DNA of 64,000 nucleotides from an uncultured delta proteobacterium. Its GTDB lineage: Bacteria > Desulfobacterota > Desulfomonilia > UBA1062. The position numbers and the translations under genes are program-made. The notes below the pieces were generated by a model, which made no database searches, was not told where the DNA came from, and saw nothing but the letters and a program-made list of their open reading frames with translations. How positions within the stretch are numbered: position 1 is the stretch's first letter; every line of letters starts with the position of its first letter. The stretch is taken from contig CAVVYZ010000022.1 in the NCBI GenBank assembly GCA_963752595.1, positions 112,043 to 176,042 on the forward strand, written 5' to 3'. Of this stretch, positions 29,506 through 40,204 are shown piece by piece.

Positions 29506-29865
29506 TTACTTCGCAACCTTTTCCCGTGCACGTTTGGCCCGTTTGCTTTTCTGCCTGCGGATCTTCTCGATCTTCCTGGCAAGCGAAGAATCTTCTCCCA
29601 GCCGGGATTCTTCTATCTTATCCGCTATCATGCGGCGGGCGAAAAAACGGTTTGCAGCCTGGGATCTGGATTTCTGGCATTTCACTTCTATCCCGCTAGG
29701 GATGTGCTTCAGATACACGCAGGAGGACGTCTTGTTTACCTTCTGCCCTCCCCTTCCTTGAGCATGGACAAACTTTTCTTCCAGGTCTCCATTTTTTATA
29801 CCCAGCGATTTCATCCGCTCTTCGAGCAGCTTTACTTTTTCAGGGCTGATAGGAGTATCGCTCAT
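29506..29865 (-). CDS. Codon-independent peptide chain release factor-like protein (RF-1 GGQ domain plus basic tail)
   Basis: GRGGQKVNKTSSCV, CQKSRSQAANR, K/R-rich C-terminus. Confidence 0.88.
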   Translation of the reverse strand: MSDTPISPEKVKLLEERMKSLGIKNGDLEEKFVHAQGRGGQKVNKTSSCVYLKHIPSGIEVKCQKSRSQAANRFFARRMIADKIEESRLGEDSSLARKIEKIRRQKSKRAKRAREKVAK

Positions 29866-29893
29866 CGGCAGGCTTTAAATGAACTGCATCATG

Positions 29894-30226
29894 TCAACGG
29901 ATATACACCAGATAAAAAATAGTAAACATGATGTACACGATTGAAACTCCCAGGATGAAGGGCCATCTGCCGTGGAAGGATACAGGCCCGAAAAGCCAAT
30001 ATCCGCACTCCTTGCACTTGGTGAACCACCTGCGGGAAACGATGCTGTCACAGCGGGGGCAGCAGCAGACATTTCCGCGCGGCCCCATCTCCCGTATTTT
30101 TATATTCTCCCTGAACGATTTCCGGAGATTGATGTCGTGCCTGCACTTCGGGCACGTGATGTCCATGGGCTGGAAATCATCCCACACGACTTTATTACCG
30201 CATGTCGGGCACTTGATCACGATCAT
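29894..30226 (-). CDS. Double zinc-ribbon protein with C-terminal TM helix
   Basis: CPTC, CPKC, CPRC, CKEC and a hydrophobic C-terminus. Confidence 0.7.
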   Translation of the reverse strand: MIVIKCPTCGNKVVWDDFQPMDITCPKCRHDINLRKSFRENIKIREMGPRGNVCCCPRCDSIVSRRWFTKCKECGYWLFGPVSFHGRWPFILGVSIVYIMFTIFYLVYIR

Positions 30227-30229
30227 AGG

Positions 30230-30832
30230 CTAGTACAATCCTCCCTTATCACCATTAAAGCTTCCTTTCCCCCACCTGCCGCCCGAGACGACGGATATCG
30301 ACAGCTGAACTTTATCAGAACCGTAGGTCATCATCAATCCTATTGTCCCGTCTTTTCTGGTAAAAATTGCATCAGCAGGAAGATTGCCTCGTATATGGAG
30401 CTCCTGGGGCAGCAGATCCTCATCAACGTGCAAGTTGCCCCAGGTATAGGTTACTGATGTCGTATCGTTACGGGTTCGTTTCCAAAGATAAGGGGATTCG
30501 GGAGGTACTCCGGCAATAAGGCCAAGGAATTGCTCCGCAGGCAGCGTGTACTGCTTGATCTGCTTCCCCCAGACATCATAGATCTTTACCTGACCCTGGG
30601 AAATGTCCAGGGTAAACGCTGCCAGGCCCATGGGACCGTAAATCTGTGCATACCCATGATCCCGGGAGACAATAGCCAAGGCGCCTTTAAAGCTGATATC
30701 CTCACCTTGCACAGATGCCCGTCCCTCAAATACCGCCCGAAAGGGATACACATCGGCATTGGGGATCTTCAATGATGCGCAGCTTGTGAGAAGCATCGAA
30801 CAGGCAAGAAGAAAGGCGGAAAGGTTTTTCAT
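30230..30832 (-). CDS. Lipoprotein, possibly LolB-like fold
   Basis: Lipobox LTSC; 200 aa beta-rich; YGPMG..AFTL resembles the LolB loop. Confidence 0.6.
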   Translation of the reverse strand: MKNLSAFLLACSMLLTSCASLKIPNADVYPFRAVFEGRASVQGEDISFKGALAIVSRDHGYAQIYGPMGLAAFTLDISQGQVKIYDVWGKQIKQYTLPAEQFLGLIAGVPPESPYLWKRTRNDTTSVTYTWGNLHVDEDLLPQELHIRGNLPADAIFTRKDGTIGLMMTYGSDKVQLSISVVSGGRWGKGSFNGDKGGLY

Positions 30833-30926
30833 AGTAATGTATTATCTTATATAGAGCTTTGGCTCAAAGGCAATAAGAAAGGCATAAGCTATTGACAAGG
30901 AGGAGAATAATATTACTTTATACGGT

Positions 30927-31385
30927 ATGATAGAGAGGATACTGATACCAACGGACTTCAGTGAATCTTCCCGGTATGCCTTGAAATACGCCGTTGATCT
31001 GAATGCAGTTTTCAAAGCAAGGCTCTTTCTTCTCCATGTCCTGCAGGATTTTACCGAGTTTTCCGAGTACAATCTGAGCCCGAGCATCCTCCCGCAGCTC
31101 TATCTCGAGTTCGAAGAGAATGCCGCCAAGCGCCTCGAGGAGATGGTGACCCACATGGTGCCTCCCGAGACGCACTGCGATACGTATATTCTTCACGGAG
31201 TTCCTTTCTATGAGATCATCCAATTTTCAAAGCGTGAGAAAGTAGATATGATTGTGATCGGTACCCGAGGCAGGACCGGAATTCAGCATGTTCTGTTCGG
31301 GCATACCGCAGAAAAAGTCGTGAAGAAGTCACACTGTCCTGTTCTCTCGGTCAAGCACCCGGAAATTGAGTTCTCCATGCCGTAA
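30927..31385 (+). CDS. Universal stress protein
   Basis: ILIPTDFSESS, IVIGTRGRTG...FGHTAEKVV...CPVL. Confidence 0.93.
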   Translation: MIERILIPTDFSESSRYALKYAVDLNAVFKARLFLLHVLQDFTEFSEYNLSPSILPQLYLEFEENAAKRLEEMVTHMVPPETHCDTYILHGVPFYEIIQFSKREKVDMIVIGTRGRTGIQHVLFGHTAEKVVKKSHCPVLSVKHPEIEFSMP

Positions 31386-31435
31386 GCTGCACCAGGCAAA
31401 TCATTGTACAAAAGGTATGCAAAGCCTGCTAAGGA

Positions 31436-32185
31436 TTATTCTATCGGATTGATCGGCCCTTCCACATACCCATGGATAAACTGCTTTACCAGCGGGTCTT
31501 CGGTATTTTTGAAATCTTCCGGCGAACCTTTGAAAACGATACGTCCGCGATAAATCATGGCCATGTAATCTGCCAGGTTGAATGCGCCTTCGATATCATG
31601 GCTGATTACCAGACTGGTTGCCCCCGTCCTTTTCTGAACCTGACGGATGAGCATGTCGATCGCACGCGATATCACCGGATCCAGACCGCTTGTCGGCTCG
31701 TCGAAAAGAAGGCATTTCGGGTTCATTGCCAGAGCCCTGGCTAATCCTACACGTTTTTTCATTCCGCCTGAGAGCTGGGAGGGCATCTTTTCCTCTGCGC
31801 CTGACAGGCCTACCTCTTTCAGAAGCTCCGCCACTACATGCCTGATTTTTTCTTTGGAATAATCGGTATGAATGACGAATGGGAATCCCACGTTTTCTCC
31901 TACATTCATGGAATCAAAGAGTGCCGCATCCTGGAAGCAGACGCCAAAATATTTCCTCACTTTATTGAGCTCGACCTCATCCATTCCTGTGATATCCATG
32001 CCGTCGATCATGATGCTGCCCGAATCGGGCTTGATAAGGCCTACGATATGTTTCAGCAGGACACTTTTCCCTGTCCCGCTGGGGCCGATGACAACCGTTA
32101 TCTTGGACTCAGGGATATCAAGATCAAGATCATTCAGAACTTTCTGTCCATTAAAGGATTTAAAGAGAGAGCGTATCGCGATCAT
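31436..32185 (-). CDS. MlaF/Mkl-type ABC transporter ATP-binding protein
   Basis: GPSGTGKSVLLK, FQDAALFDSM, LSGGMKKRVGLARA, DEPTSGLDP. Confidence 0.88.
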   Translation of the reverse strand: MIAIRSLFKSFNGQKVLNDLDLDIPESKITVVIGPSGTGKSVLLKHIVGLIKPDSGSIMIDGMDITGMDEVELNKVRKYFGVCFQDAALFDSMNVGENVGFPFVIHTDYSKEKIRHVVAELLKEVGLSGAEEKMPSQLSGGMKKRVGLARALAMNPKCLLFDEPTSGLDPVISRAIDMLIRQVQKRTGATSLVISHDIEGAFNLADYMAMIYRGRIVFKGSPEDFKNTEDPLVKQFIHGYVEGPINPIE

Positions 32186-33015
32186 ATATGTCCCTGCCAG
32201 GTCGTGTTATAGAGATCCTTCCTCCGGTGAGCCAGCAGAGGAAATTTTGCCCGTATGTCCTTTATCATCTCAAGGTCGATGTGCATGACCTCCACCGTCT
32301 CATCCTGCCCTGCATCCATGAGCACCTCGCCCCATGGTGACGTGACCATTGAATGTCCGTAGGGGATGTATTTGAGCGATGGATTGTGTGCAGGCTGTAC
32401 CCCTATGACATATGCCTGCATCTCGACAGCACGGCTTCTCACCAGCATTTCCCAGTGAGCGGTCCCGGTAGCGAGGGAAAACGCTGCCGGCACAAAGAGC
32501 AGCCTTACATCCTGATCGGCAAGTATCTGAGCTATGGGTGTGAACCTGATGTCATAGCAGACGATGACCGATGCATTGCCCCAGGGCGTTTCAAACGAGC
32601 CGAGGGAATCTCCGGGCCTTATGACATCCGATTCCTTGACTACAGGCCCTCCTGGAGGGGTACAGTCAAAGAGGTGGATTTTATCATGGGAATACATCGT
32701 GTTTCCTTCACGATCGAAGACAAAGGCCCTGTTGAAGTACCTCTTTCCATCACCATCCCAAGGCATGGAGCCGGCAATGAGGATAATGCAGTGCCGTTTT
32801 GCCCGTTCCCTGAGGGAGTCGACCGCCTTCATCGCAACCGGCGCCGAAGAGCGGATAGAAAAAGGCTCATAGGGCGTAAAGAACATCTCCGGCAGCGCCA
32901 CGATATCTGAACCTTTGCGGGCTGCCTCATCGATCATGCCGAGGGCGCTGGACAGGTTTTTCTCATGATCGTACCCCTGCTTTATCTGGCATATCCCGAT
33001 TGCAACCGTATCCAC
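32182..33015 (-). CDS. Carbon-nitrogen hydrolase (Nit family)
   Basis: LPEMF, KIHLFD, VCYDIRF catalytic E-K-C triad; YGHSM. Confidence 0.9.
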   Translation of the reverse strand: MDTVAIGICQIKQGYDHEKNLSSALGMIDEAARKGSDIVALPEMFFTPYEPFSIRSSAPVAMKAVDSLRERAKRHCIILIAGSMPWDGDGKRYFNRAFVFDREGNTMYSHDKIHLFDCTPPGGPVVKESDVIRPGDSLGSFETPWGNASVIVCYDIRFTPIAQILADQDVRLLFVPAAFSLATGTAHWEMLVRSRAVEMQAYVIGVQPAHNPSLKYIPYGHSMVTSPWGEVLMDAGQDETVEVMHIDLEMIKDIRAKFPLLAHRRKDLYNTTWQGHI

Positions 33016-33122
33016 AAAAACCCCCGTAAAGCTTATAGGATCCGATGAAAGAAGCGAGCTTGTCTTTCTTTATGAATGTGATATCGGTATTCAGGAGCTC
33101 AAGTCAATTATTTTCAAGGTAA

Positions 33123-35021
33123 TCAATAAAACAGAGAATAGAGCATATTTACGAGATGCTTCGATTTTCCCTCTCTCGACAACCAAATATTGATCTCGGT
33201 CCTTGATGTCCTGTTCTTCCTCATCCATGCTCTGAGCTCATTGGGAAGCAGATTGATGCAGAAAAATTCGTTCCAGGAATTTATGTAGAGAATATCCACC
33301 TCCTGGATTGTGTGATAAATGTCAGGGACCTCCATATTGCCGATTATGATCATTTTTTTTAAGTATTTCTTATCCATGAGGGAATCCCTGTCCAGCCCTA
33401 CGGAATTGGCATCGGGGATCAAGGTGTTCAACTCCCTCAAGAGAGCCTGGATATCCGACAGCGATGCCCCGGAAGCATTGGGGACCATGTGTAGGGAAGT
33501 CGAGGCATCGATCCGTTTATTGTAGACCAGCCACGTCATGATCTTTACTACCCTCTCTGCACTCATGATGGGCTTCTGTTTTTTCTGCTCTGGATATACT
33601 TCATGGATAAACCATTGCTTTTTGTCGTAGGAAAAGAAGAGTTCCTCGTAGGCAGGTTCTTTTTTCTTTACCCTCTTTTCAGGATCGATCTTGCCTTCCT
33701 TGGAAACATAGAAAGCTTCGATCCTTCTCCGCAAGACTTCAATCTCGACATCCTGGTCGAGCTGGGAATTCATGAGAAAAGATTTTGCCCTTCGTATAAG
33801 GAGCACAGTTGTACGCTTGAGATAGTCATGGAGTTCGTCGCCGAATGCCCGGTATTTTTCCACGTCCCATTCATTGAAACGGTTGAGTTCGCGGAAAAAT
33901 CCAATGGACCAATCCCATTTCTTTACGATTTCCACCATGAAGGCCTGCTTGTCATGCTGTCCTATGTTGAGAAGATCATTGCCGGTAATATTGGCAGATA
34001 TTTTCAGATAAAAACATTTTCTGAGGAGGTCTATGGTCTTCTCGTCACCTTTGGACCGGTAGTAGTCTTCTACCCGCTGAAAGACTTCGACGTATGGATC
34101 TACTACTTCATCCTGGCCTGCTTGCAGTACATGATCCTTCACTTCTTCGCACAAGAGGGCCTTTTCCTCCGAGGGCTCGAGATATGTGGCAAGGAGCGCC
34201 ATTTTAAGAACCGACTTGAGGGGATCATCGAGGGCTTTGTGCATCTGCCACAATGCGGCCCCGAGAAGCTCTTCCTCGGGTATATTGGTGATATTGCCCA
34301 TATCGATAAAATCATCAATGTCAAAGTCCGCAGATTTTTTTAGGTGCTGGTTTATTGTCTCATAGGAATTGCCATCATTTCCAGGAGGAACCACCCACCA
34401 CAGAGGCACCCTTCCTTCGATCAAGGTCATCGTACGGTAGAATTCCTCCTTCAGGGTATTCTTCAATGCCGAGCCTGAGCCTTCCTGTGATACCGTGCCG
34501 AAATGGTTCTGTTGGATATCGTTGATATCCATGAGGAAGAAATGGACTTCGATGATATATTGGCTGGTAATCCACCTCTGAAGGAGCTTTAGTTTCCTCT
34601 CAAGCAGCCTCAGCCTGGATTTACCGATCCCCTCAGAGCTGACGACGACCCAGATATCATAATCGGATTCCCTGGTCTGTCCAAGGCTCCCCACAGAGCC
34701 GATGGTGAAAAGACCTTCGATTTCACGATGCCTGGGCACAAGGTTCTGGACCTCTCCTACCTTGATGCGTACGGGCAGAAATGACTCCAGGCTACTGATT
34801 GTGCTTGCAGGCCATTCCATGCACTTGACCCCTGACGGGCAATCGTTATCTCCCATAAAACCGGGTAACGCAGGATGGTTGATATGGAGGCACAGCGGAA
34901 CTAGACTAAGAATGACGCGGGCTCCCAGAGGGTCATTCATCAGCATGACCTTTTTCTTACCCCGATTATACTGCGTAAAAGTCCGGAGTCCCGCTACTAG
35001 CTTTATTTCAATATCATTCAT
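33123..35021 (-). CDS. cyaA: Class I adenylate cyclase
   Basis: LHINHPALPG, IGSVGSLGQTRESDYDIWV, KEEFYRT, PLWW, PLKSVLK, NSWNE. Confidence 0.85.
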   Translation of the reverse strand: MNDIEIKLVAGLRTFTQYNRGKKKVMLMNDPLGARVILSLVPLCLHINHPALPGFMGDNDCPSGVKCMEWPASTISSLESFLPVRIKVGEVQNLVPRHREIEGLFTIGSVGSLGQTRESDYDIWVVVSSEGIGKSRLRLLERKLKLLQRWITSQYIIEVHFFLMDINDIQQNHFGTVSQEGSGSALKNTLKEEFYRTMTLIEGRVPLWWVVPPGNDGNSYETINQHLKKSADFDIDDFIDMGNITNIPEEELLGAALWQMHKALDDPLKSVLKMALLATYLEPSEEKALLCEEVKDHVLQAGQDEVVDPYVEVFQRVEDYYRSKGDEKTIDLLRKCFYLKISANITGNDLLNIGQHDKQAFMVEIVKKWDWSIGFFRELNRFNEWDVEKYRAFGDELHDYLKRTTVLLIRRAKSFLMNSQLDQDVEIEVLRRRIEAFYVSKEGKIDPEKRVKKKEPAYEELFFSYDKKQWFIHEVYPEQKKQKPIMSAERVVKIMTWLVYNKRIDASTSLHMVPNASGASLSDIQALLRELNTLIPDANSVGLDRDSLMDKKYLKKMIIIGNMEVPDIYHTIQEVDILYINSWNEFFCINLLPNELRAWMRKNRTSRTEINIWLSREGKSKHLVNMLYSLFY

Positions 35022-35819
35022 TTAAAGATTGTTATCGCGTGAATCACTGCTCGACTTTAATACATAGGTAAGGATGCATATGCCGGTCCCTATCATGAGG
35101 GCACACAAGATTTGTCCCATGGTAAGCATGCCGATGACGAATCCCAGCTGGGAGTCCGGTTCGCGGAAAAATTCCAGAAAAAATCTCATGATCCCATAAA
35201 GTATTAAGAAGGAGGAAATGAGAACTCCTCGGGTATTCACCTTACTGCATATAAAGGAGAGTATGAGAAAAAGGAGAATACCCTCGGAAAAAGCTTCATA
35301 CAACTGGGATGGATGTCTCGGAAGATATCCTGCCCCGGGGAAAACCATCCCCCATGGTACGTCAGTAACCCTCCCATAGAGCTCTGCATTGATAAAATTC
35401 CCGATGCGGCCGAAGAAGAGCCCGGGTGCAGCTGCCAGAGCGCCCATATCGGCCAGCATGAGAAATGATTTTTTCTTCAGGCGGGCATACAGATAACCTG
35501 CAATGACCAATCCTATGAGTCCTCCGTGAAAGGACATCCCGCCTTCCCATACGGCAAAGCACTTCAGCGGATGGGTGATATAAAAACCAAAATTATAGAA
35601 TGCACAGTACCCGAGGCGGGCACCGATAATAAGTCCCGCAACACAGTAGGAAAGAAGATCCTCAATCTCTCTGCTTCCCATATCGTATCCTTTTTTCTTC
35701 GATAAGCGGACCAATATGAAGTATGCGCATACGAAGCCAAGGATATACATCAAGCCGTACCATCGCAGCTGTAAGGGACCTATCTGAAAAAATACGGGAT
35801 CGATGTGAGGATATTTCAT
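35022..35819 (-). CDS. lgt: Prolipoprotein diacylglyceryl transferase
   Basis: RWYGLMY, GARLGY, GGMSFHGG, GRIGNFINAELYGR, RHPSQLYE. Confidence 0.97.
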   Translation of the reverse strand: MKYPHIDPVFFQIGPLQLRWYGLMYILGFVCAYFILVRLSKKKGYDMGSREIEDLLSYCVAGLIIGARLGYCAFYNFGFYITHPLKCFAVWEGGMSFHGGLIGLVIAGYLYARLKKKSFLMLADMGALAAAPGLFFGRIGNFINAELYGRVTDVPWGMVFPGAGYLPRHPSQLYEAFSEGILLFLILSFICSKVNTRGVLISSFLILYGIMRFFLEFFREPDSQLGFVIGMLTMGQILCALMIGTGICILTYVLKSSSDSRDNNL

Positions 35820-35907
35820 GGTGATTTGCTTCTCATATAATTCCATAGGAAGTCAAGGCCCCGGCACTGCGCTCAAACCGGCAGAGCCTTAGCCGGTATG
35901 GGGCTTT

Positions 35908-35950
35908 ATCCCTCTCCCCCGAACACGGGGGAGAGGGATGGGGAGAGGGG
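35908..35950. repeat. CCCTCTCCC/GGGAGAGGG palindromic (REP-like) repeat, copy 1
   Basis: ATCCCTCTCCCCCG-AACA-CGGGGGAGAGGGAT followed by GGGGAGAGGGG. Confidence 0.8.
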
Positions 35951-36116
35951 AAATGTTCGATATGAGGATGATATACCTGCAGATTTGCCCTGCTCCATGT
36001 TTTAACACTTCCTCCTTCCTATAATCACTGAACATTTATTCTCTGAAAGCCTCCGGCAGCCTTGACTAAATTACATTGAATTGTTATTGTCTTATTTTAA
36101 CAAAGGGGATGAATTC

Positions 36117-36617
36117 ATGTTTAAAGTTGGAGATATTGTAGTGTACCCTGCACATGGGGTATCTGAAGTTGAATCGATAGAAACCAGAGAGATCTCGGGA
36201 AACAAAATATCTTTCTTCATCCTGAAGGTCCTGGATACCCAGATGACCGTTATGGTTCCCGTTACCAACGTACAGAATGTCGGCATACGTGAACTTATAG
36301 ACAATAAAGGAATAGAAAAGGTTCTCAATATCCTCAAGGAGCGCTCCGTATCTGTCGATAATCAAACCTGGAACAGACGGTATCGGGAATATATGGAAAA
36401 GATAAAAAGCGGCTCAGCCTTCGAGATCGCCGAAGTACTGAGGGACCTGAACATCCTCAAACGGGGAAAGGAACTCTCATTCGGCGAAAGAAAGATGTAC
36501 GATACGGCAAAGAATCTTCTGGTAAACGAGGTATCGACATCCAAGAAAATAGACAAGAAAGAGGTTGAGAAGATGCTTCTTGAGGCAATGGGCAAGATTG
36601 AAACGAAAACACCTTAG
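36117..36617 (+). CDS. carD: CarD/CdnL family transcription factor
   Basis: FKVGDIVVYPAHGV, WNRRYRE, LSFGER. Confidence 0.93.
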   Translation: MFKVGDIVVYPAHGVSEVESIETREISGNKISFFILKVLDTQMTVMVPVTNVQNVGIRELIDNKGIEKVLNILKERSVSVDNQTWNRRYREYMEKIKSGSAFEIAEVLRDLNILKRGKELSFGERKMYDTAKNLLVNEVSTSKKIDKKEVEKMLLEAMGKIETKTP

Positions 36618-36632
36618 GACAGGATTATTGAT

Positions 36633-37616
36633 ATGAAATGGTTTCTTCGGATTATCGTGGCACTGGTAGTATTTTACGGGTCATTCATGTATGCCGCCAT
36701 GGAGATGGGCGGAGGCATATGGCTCATCATCCTGCCTTCCATCGCAGAACTATGCGTGGCATTCATCATTATCGGCGAGCTACAGGGCCTTCGACTTCAT
36801 CCCATGGCCTACATAGGGGGATTCCTCGGGGCAATACTCGGGCTCATCATCGGGAGCCTGCTGGGGTATGTGCTCCTTCGTCTGGAAGGCGGCATCTTTC
36901 TTTTCATCCTGATCAACTCCATCTTTGCCTACCTTGGCTACACGATCGGCCTTGCGTGGGGCAAGGAGATAGGCGATCTCCCGGTTTTTCACCGTGCAGG
37001 CCGGGGCCAGCAGACAATGAGAAAGATCCTCGACACCAGCGTGATCATTGACGGCAGGATCCCTGATATCTGCGATGCCGGATTCATCGACGGCATCCTC
37101 GTAGCTCCCCAGTTCATCCTCAACGAGCTCCAGCACATCGCCGACTCCTCAGATCCCCTGAAGAGGGCGCGGGGCAGAAGAGGGCTCGACATCCTCAACA
37201 GGCTTCAGAAAAGCCCGCAGGTACAGGTCGAGATATCCGATAAAGATTTCCCGAAGATCAAGGAAGTGGACTCCAAGCTCATTGCGCTCGCCAAGGAGAT
37301 GGATGCAGATGTCCTCACCAATGATTTCAATCTCAACAAAATCGCCCAGATTCAGGGGGTGAATGTCCTCAACATCAATCAGCTCGCAAATGCAGTCAAG
37401 CCGATTGTGCTTCCCGGCGAGAGCCTGACCGTGATCATCACCAAACAGGGAAAGGAACGGGGCCAGGGAGTTGCCTACCTCGAAGACGGCACCATGGTCG
37501 TCGTAGAGCAGGGTGAAAACCTGCTCAACAAGAACGCTGAAGTGGTGGTTACCTCAATCCTTCAGACCCCTGCAGGAAGGATGATTTTCGCAACTCCAAG
37601 AAGTAATGGCGGCTGA
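36633..37616 (+). CDS. Membrane-anchored PIN/TRAM domain protein (YacL-like)
   Basis: TM helices, LDTSVIIDGR, RGRRGLDIL, TNDFNL, YLEDGTMVVVE; conserved carD-yacL-ispDF-cysS context. Confidence 0.92.
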   Translation: MKWFLRIIVALVVFYGSFMYAAMEMGGGIWLIILPSIAELCVAFIIIGELQGLRLHPMAYIGGFLGAILGLIIGSLLGYVLLRLEGGIFLFILINSIFAYLGYTIGLAWGKEIGDLPVFHRAGRGQQTMRKILDTSVIIDGRIPDICDAGFIDGILVAPQFILNELQHIADSSDPLKRARGRRGLDILNRLQKSPQVQVEISDKDFPKIKEVDSKLIALAKEMDADVLTNDFNLNKIAQIQGVNVLNINQLANAVKPIVLPGESLTVIITKQGKERGQGVAYLEDGTMVVVEQGENLLNKNAEVVVTSILQTPAGRMIFATPRSNGG

Positions 37617-38287
37617 TGCGATCATCGTGGGAGGCGGAAGCGGCATACGCTTCGGCAGGAAGAAGCAGTTCATCATCTCTGGGAGGTATCCCGCTCCTCC
37701 AAAGGACCGTGCGTGCCTTCGAAAACCATCCGTCCGTCGAGCAGATCATTATCGTAGTCCCTCATGAAGACCTCGTCCTTGCCGGCCAAATCCTCTGCAG
37801 AGCGCAAAAGCCGCTGCAAATGGTAGAAGGAGGCAAGACCAGGCAGGAATCCGTCTGGAACGGTCTGATGTCCGTTCAACAGAGCGATCTTGTCCTTATC
37901 CATGACGCGGTGAGGCCTTTCGTGAGCCGGGAGCTCATCTCCCGGGTTCTCGACGGAGTCAAGGGATATGATGCGTGTATCCCTGGACTTGCCGTTGCAA
38001 ATACCTTAAAAGAAGTAAGAGACGGGGTTGTTACGAGAACCATACCGAGGACCGGCCTCTATGGAGTGCAGACCCCGCAGTGCTTTTTCACGCAGAGTGC
38101 CATCGCGGCTCATACATGGGCACGCGATCAGGGGATATATAATGCCACCGATGACAGTTCCCTGATTGAAGAAATCGGCGGCAAAGTACGGCTTGTGGAC
38201 GGGGATCCTTTCAATATGAAAATCACCCTCAAACAGGACATGGATATTGCAGAGGCCATACTGAAATGTCGTATAGAACCGGCATAG
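37606..38287 (+). CDS. ispD: 2-C-methyl-D-erythritol 4-phosphate cytidylyltransferase (frameshift near 37675)
   Basis: MAADAIIVGGGSGIRFGRKKQF from ATG 37606 joins the ORF with GGKTRQESV, IHDAVRP, VQTPQ, TDDSS. Confidence 0.93.
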
Positions 38288-38748
38288 GGTATGACATCCA
38301 CCGCCTGGTGGAAGGAAGGAATCTTGTCCTCGGCGGCCTTAACGTCCCCTACCCTAAGGGCCTCCTGGGCCATTCGGATGGGGATGTGATCGTCCACGCA
38401 GTCTGTGATGCTCTTCTCGGGGCATGCGCCCGCCCGGATATCGGCGAGATTTTTCCTGATACTGCTCCTGAAACAGAAGGAATCTACTCGCTTACCATGC
38501 TGAAGACCATCGTTTCCCAAATGAGTAATGAGTACGGAATAGTGAATATCGATGTGAACTGTATCTGCGAAAAGCCGAAGCTCTCGGCCTATCGCAATAA
38601 AATGGTTGCGAACATTGCAGATGTGTGTATGATCGATCATTCGCAGGTTTCTATAAAGTTCAGGACGCATGAAGGCCTCGGAGAGATCGGTACCGGTAAT
38701 GCAATAGCTGCCCAGGCTGTCGTTCTCATAAAAATCAAAAGCTTCTGA
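38266..38748 (+). CDS. ispF: 2-C-methyl-D-erythritol 2,4-cyclodiphosphate synthase
   Basis: GIGYDIH, GHSDGDV..HA, DIGEIFP. Confidence 0.95.
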   Translation: MSYRTGIGYDIHRLVEGRNLVLGGLNVPYPKGLLGHSDGDVIVHAVCDALLGACARPDIGEIFPDTAPETEGIYSLTMLKTIVSQMSNEYGIVNIDVNCICEKPKLSAYRNKMVANIADVCMIDHSQVSIKFRTHEGLGEIGTGNAIAAQAVVLIKIKSF

Positions 38749-38764
38749 GTAAGGAGTGAGCACC

Positions 38765-40197
38765 ATGACCATTTCCATATACAATACACCGTTCAAGAAG
38801 AAACAGCCCTTCACCCCTCTTTCCGGGAAAAAGATCGGAATGTATGCATGTGGGGTCACTGTCTACGACATGAGCCACATCGGGCATGCACGTTCCTTGA
38901 TCGTCTTCGATGTGATTTCCCGTTATCTGAGAAAAAAAGGGTATAAGCTCACCTACGTCAGGAACTTCACCGACGTCGACGACAAGATAATCGCCCGTGC
39001 AAACTCGCTCGGCACCTCTTACAAAGAGATTTCGGAAAGTATATCGATGAGTTCAGGACCGACATGAAAACCCTGAAAGTCAAACGGCCGATGTGGAGCC
39101 CAGGGCAACGGAATACATCCCCCAGATAGTCGAAATGGTCAGGACTCTCGAAGAAAAAGGGCTTGCCTACAAGGCGGAAGACGGCAGTGTCTATTACAGC
39201 GTCTCGAAGTTCAGAGGATACGGCAAGCTCAGCGGCAGACGGACCGAAGAGATGATTGCAGGGGCACGGGTCGATATCGAAGAAATGAAACGGGATCCTC
39301 TGGATTTCGCCCTGTGGAAGCGGAGCAAGGAGGGAGAGCCGTGGTGGGAAAGTCCCTGGTCCAAGGGCAGGCCCGGCTGGCACATCGAATGCTCTGCCAT
39401 GAGCACCGATATTCTTGGCAAAACGCTCGATATACACGGAGGCGGAAGAGATCTCATCTTCCCCCACCATGAAAACGAGATCGCCCAGTCCGAAGGGGCC
39501 TATGATGTTCCGTTCGTGAGGTTCTGGGTGCACAACGGCTTCGTCACCATAAGCGGGGAGAAAATGAGCAAGTCGCTCGGCAACTTCCTGACGCATCCGG
39601 GAGCTCACTTCCGAGGTACATCCCGAGACCTTGCGGCTGCTCCTGGTGTCCCAGCATTACCGGAGCCCGATCAATTTTTCAAAGAAGCGATCCAGACGTC
39701 TAATCAGGCCATGGTCCGGTTCTATGAGCTGCTCGACCGGATCAACCGCGCTGCGAGAATCGGTGTACCTACCCGTCTGAAGCCCCTGGCTGACGCATTT
39801 GCCGATAATTTCGATGCAGCCATGTCGGATGACTTCAATACGGCAAAGGCCATCGCCCAGCTCCATGATCTGACGACGGAGATCAACAGGGAATTGGACA
39901 GCAGTTCGACAATATCGGAAGAAGACTTCCCGATCCCTCAATATTGCCTTTGGATTGGTTTCGGAAGTTTTCGGCATACTGGAAGACGACCCCTCCAAGT
40001 TCCTCGAGCAGATCAAACGCTCCGGGATCGGCGATACAGGCCTTGACGGGAAAGAGATCCAGGATCTGATAGACCAGCGGGGCGCTGCGAGAAAGGCCAG
40101 GGATTTCAAGCGTGCGGACGAGATCAGAAATATGTTGTTGTCAAAAGGTATTCAACTGAAAGACACCCCGGAAGGAACCGTCTGGGAAAAGATATAG
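38765..40197 (+). CDS. cysS: Cysteine--tRNA ligase (several frameshifts)
   Basis: [45 protein letters not shown] spread over several frames. Confidence 0.95.
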
Positions 40198-40204
40198 AAG
40201 CATT

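Noticed and set aside
31436-32185. Orphan MlaF-type ATPase as part of a novel system with the nitrilase
   Set aside because: Split mla loci are common; partner genes are probably elsewhere in the genome.
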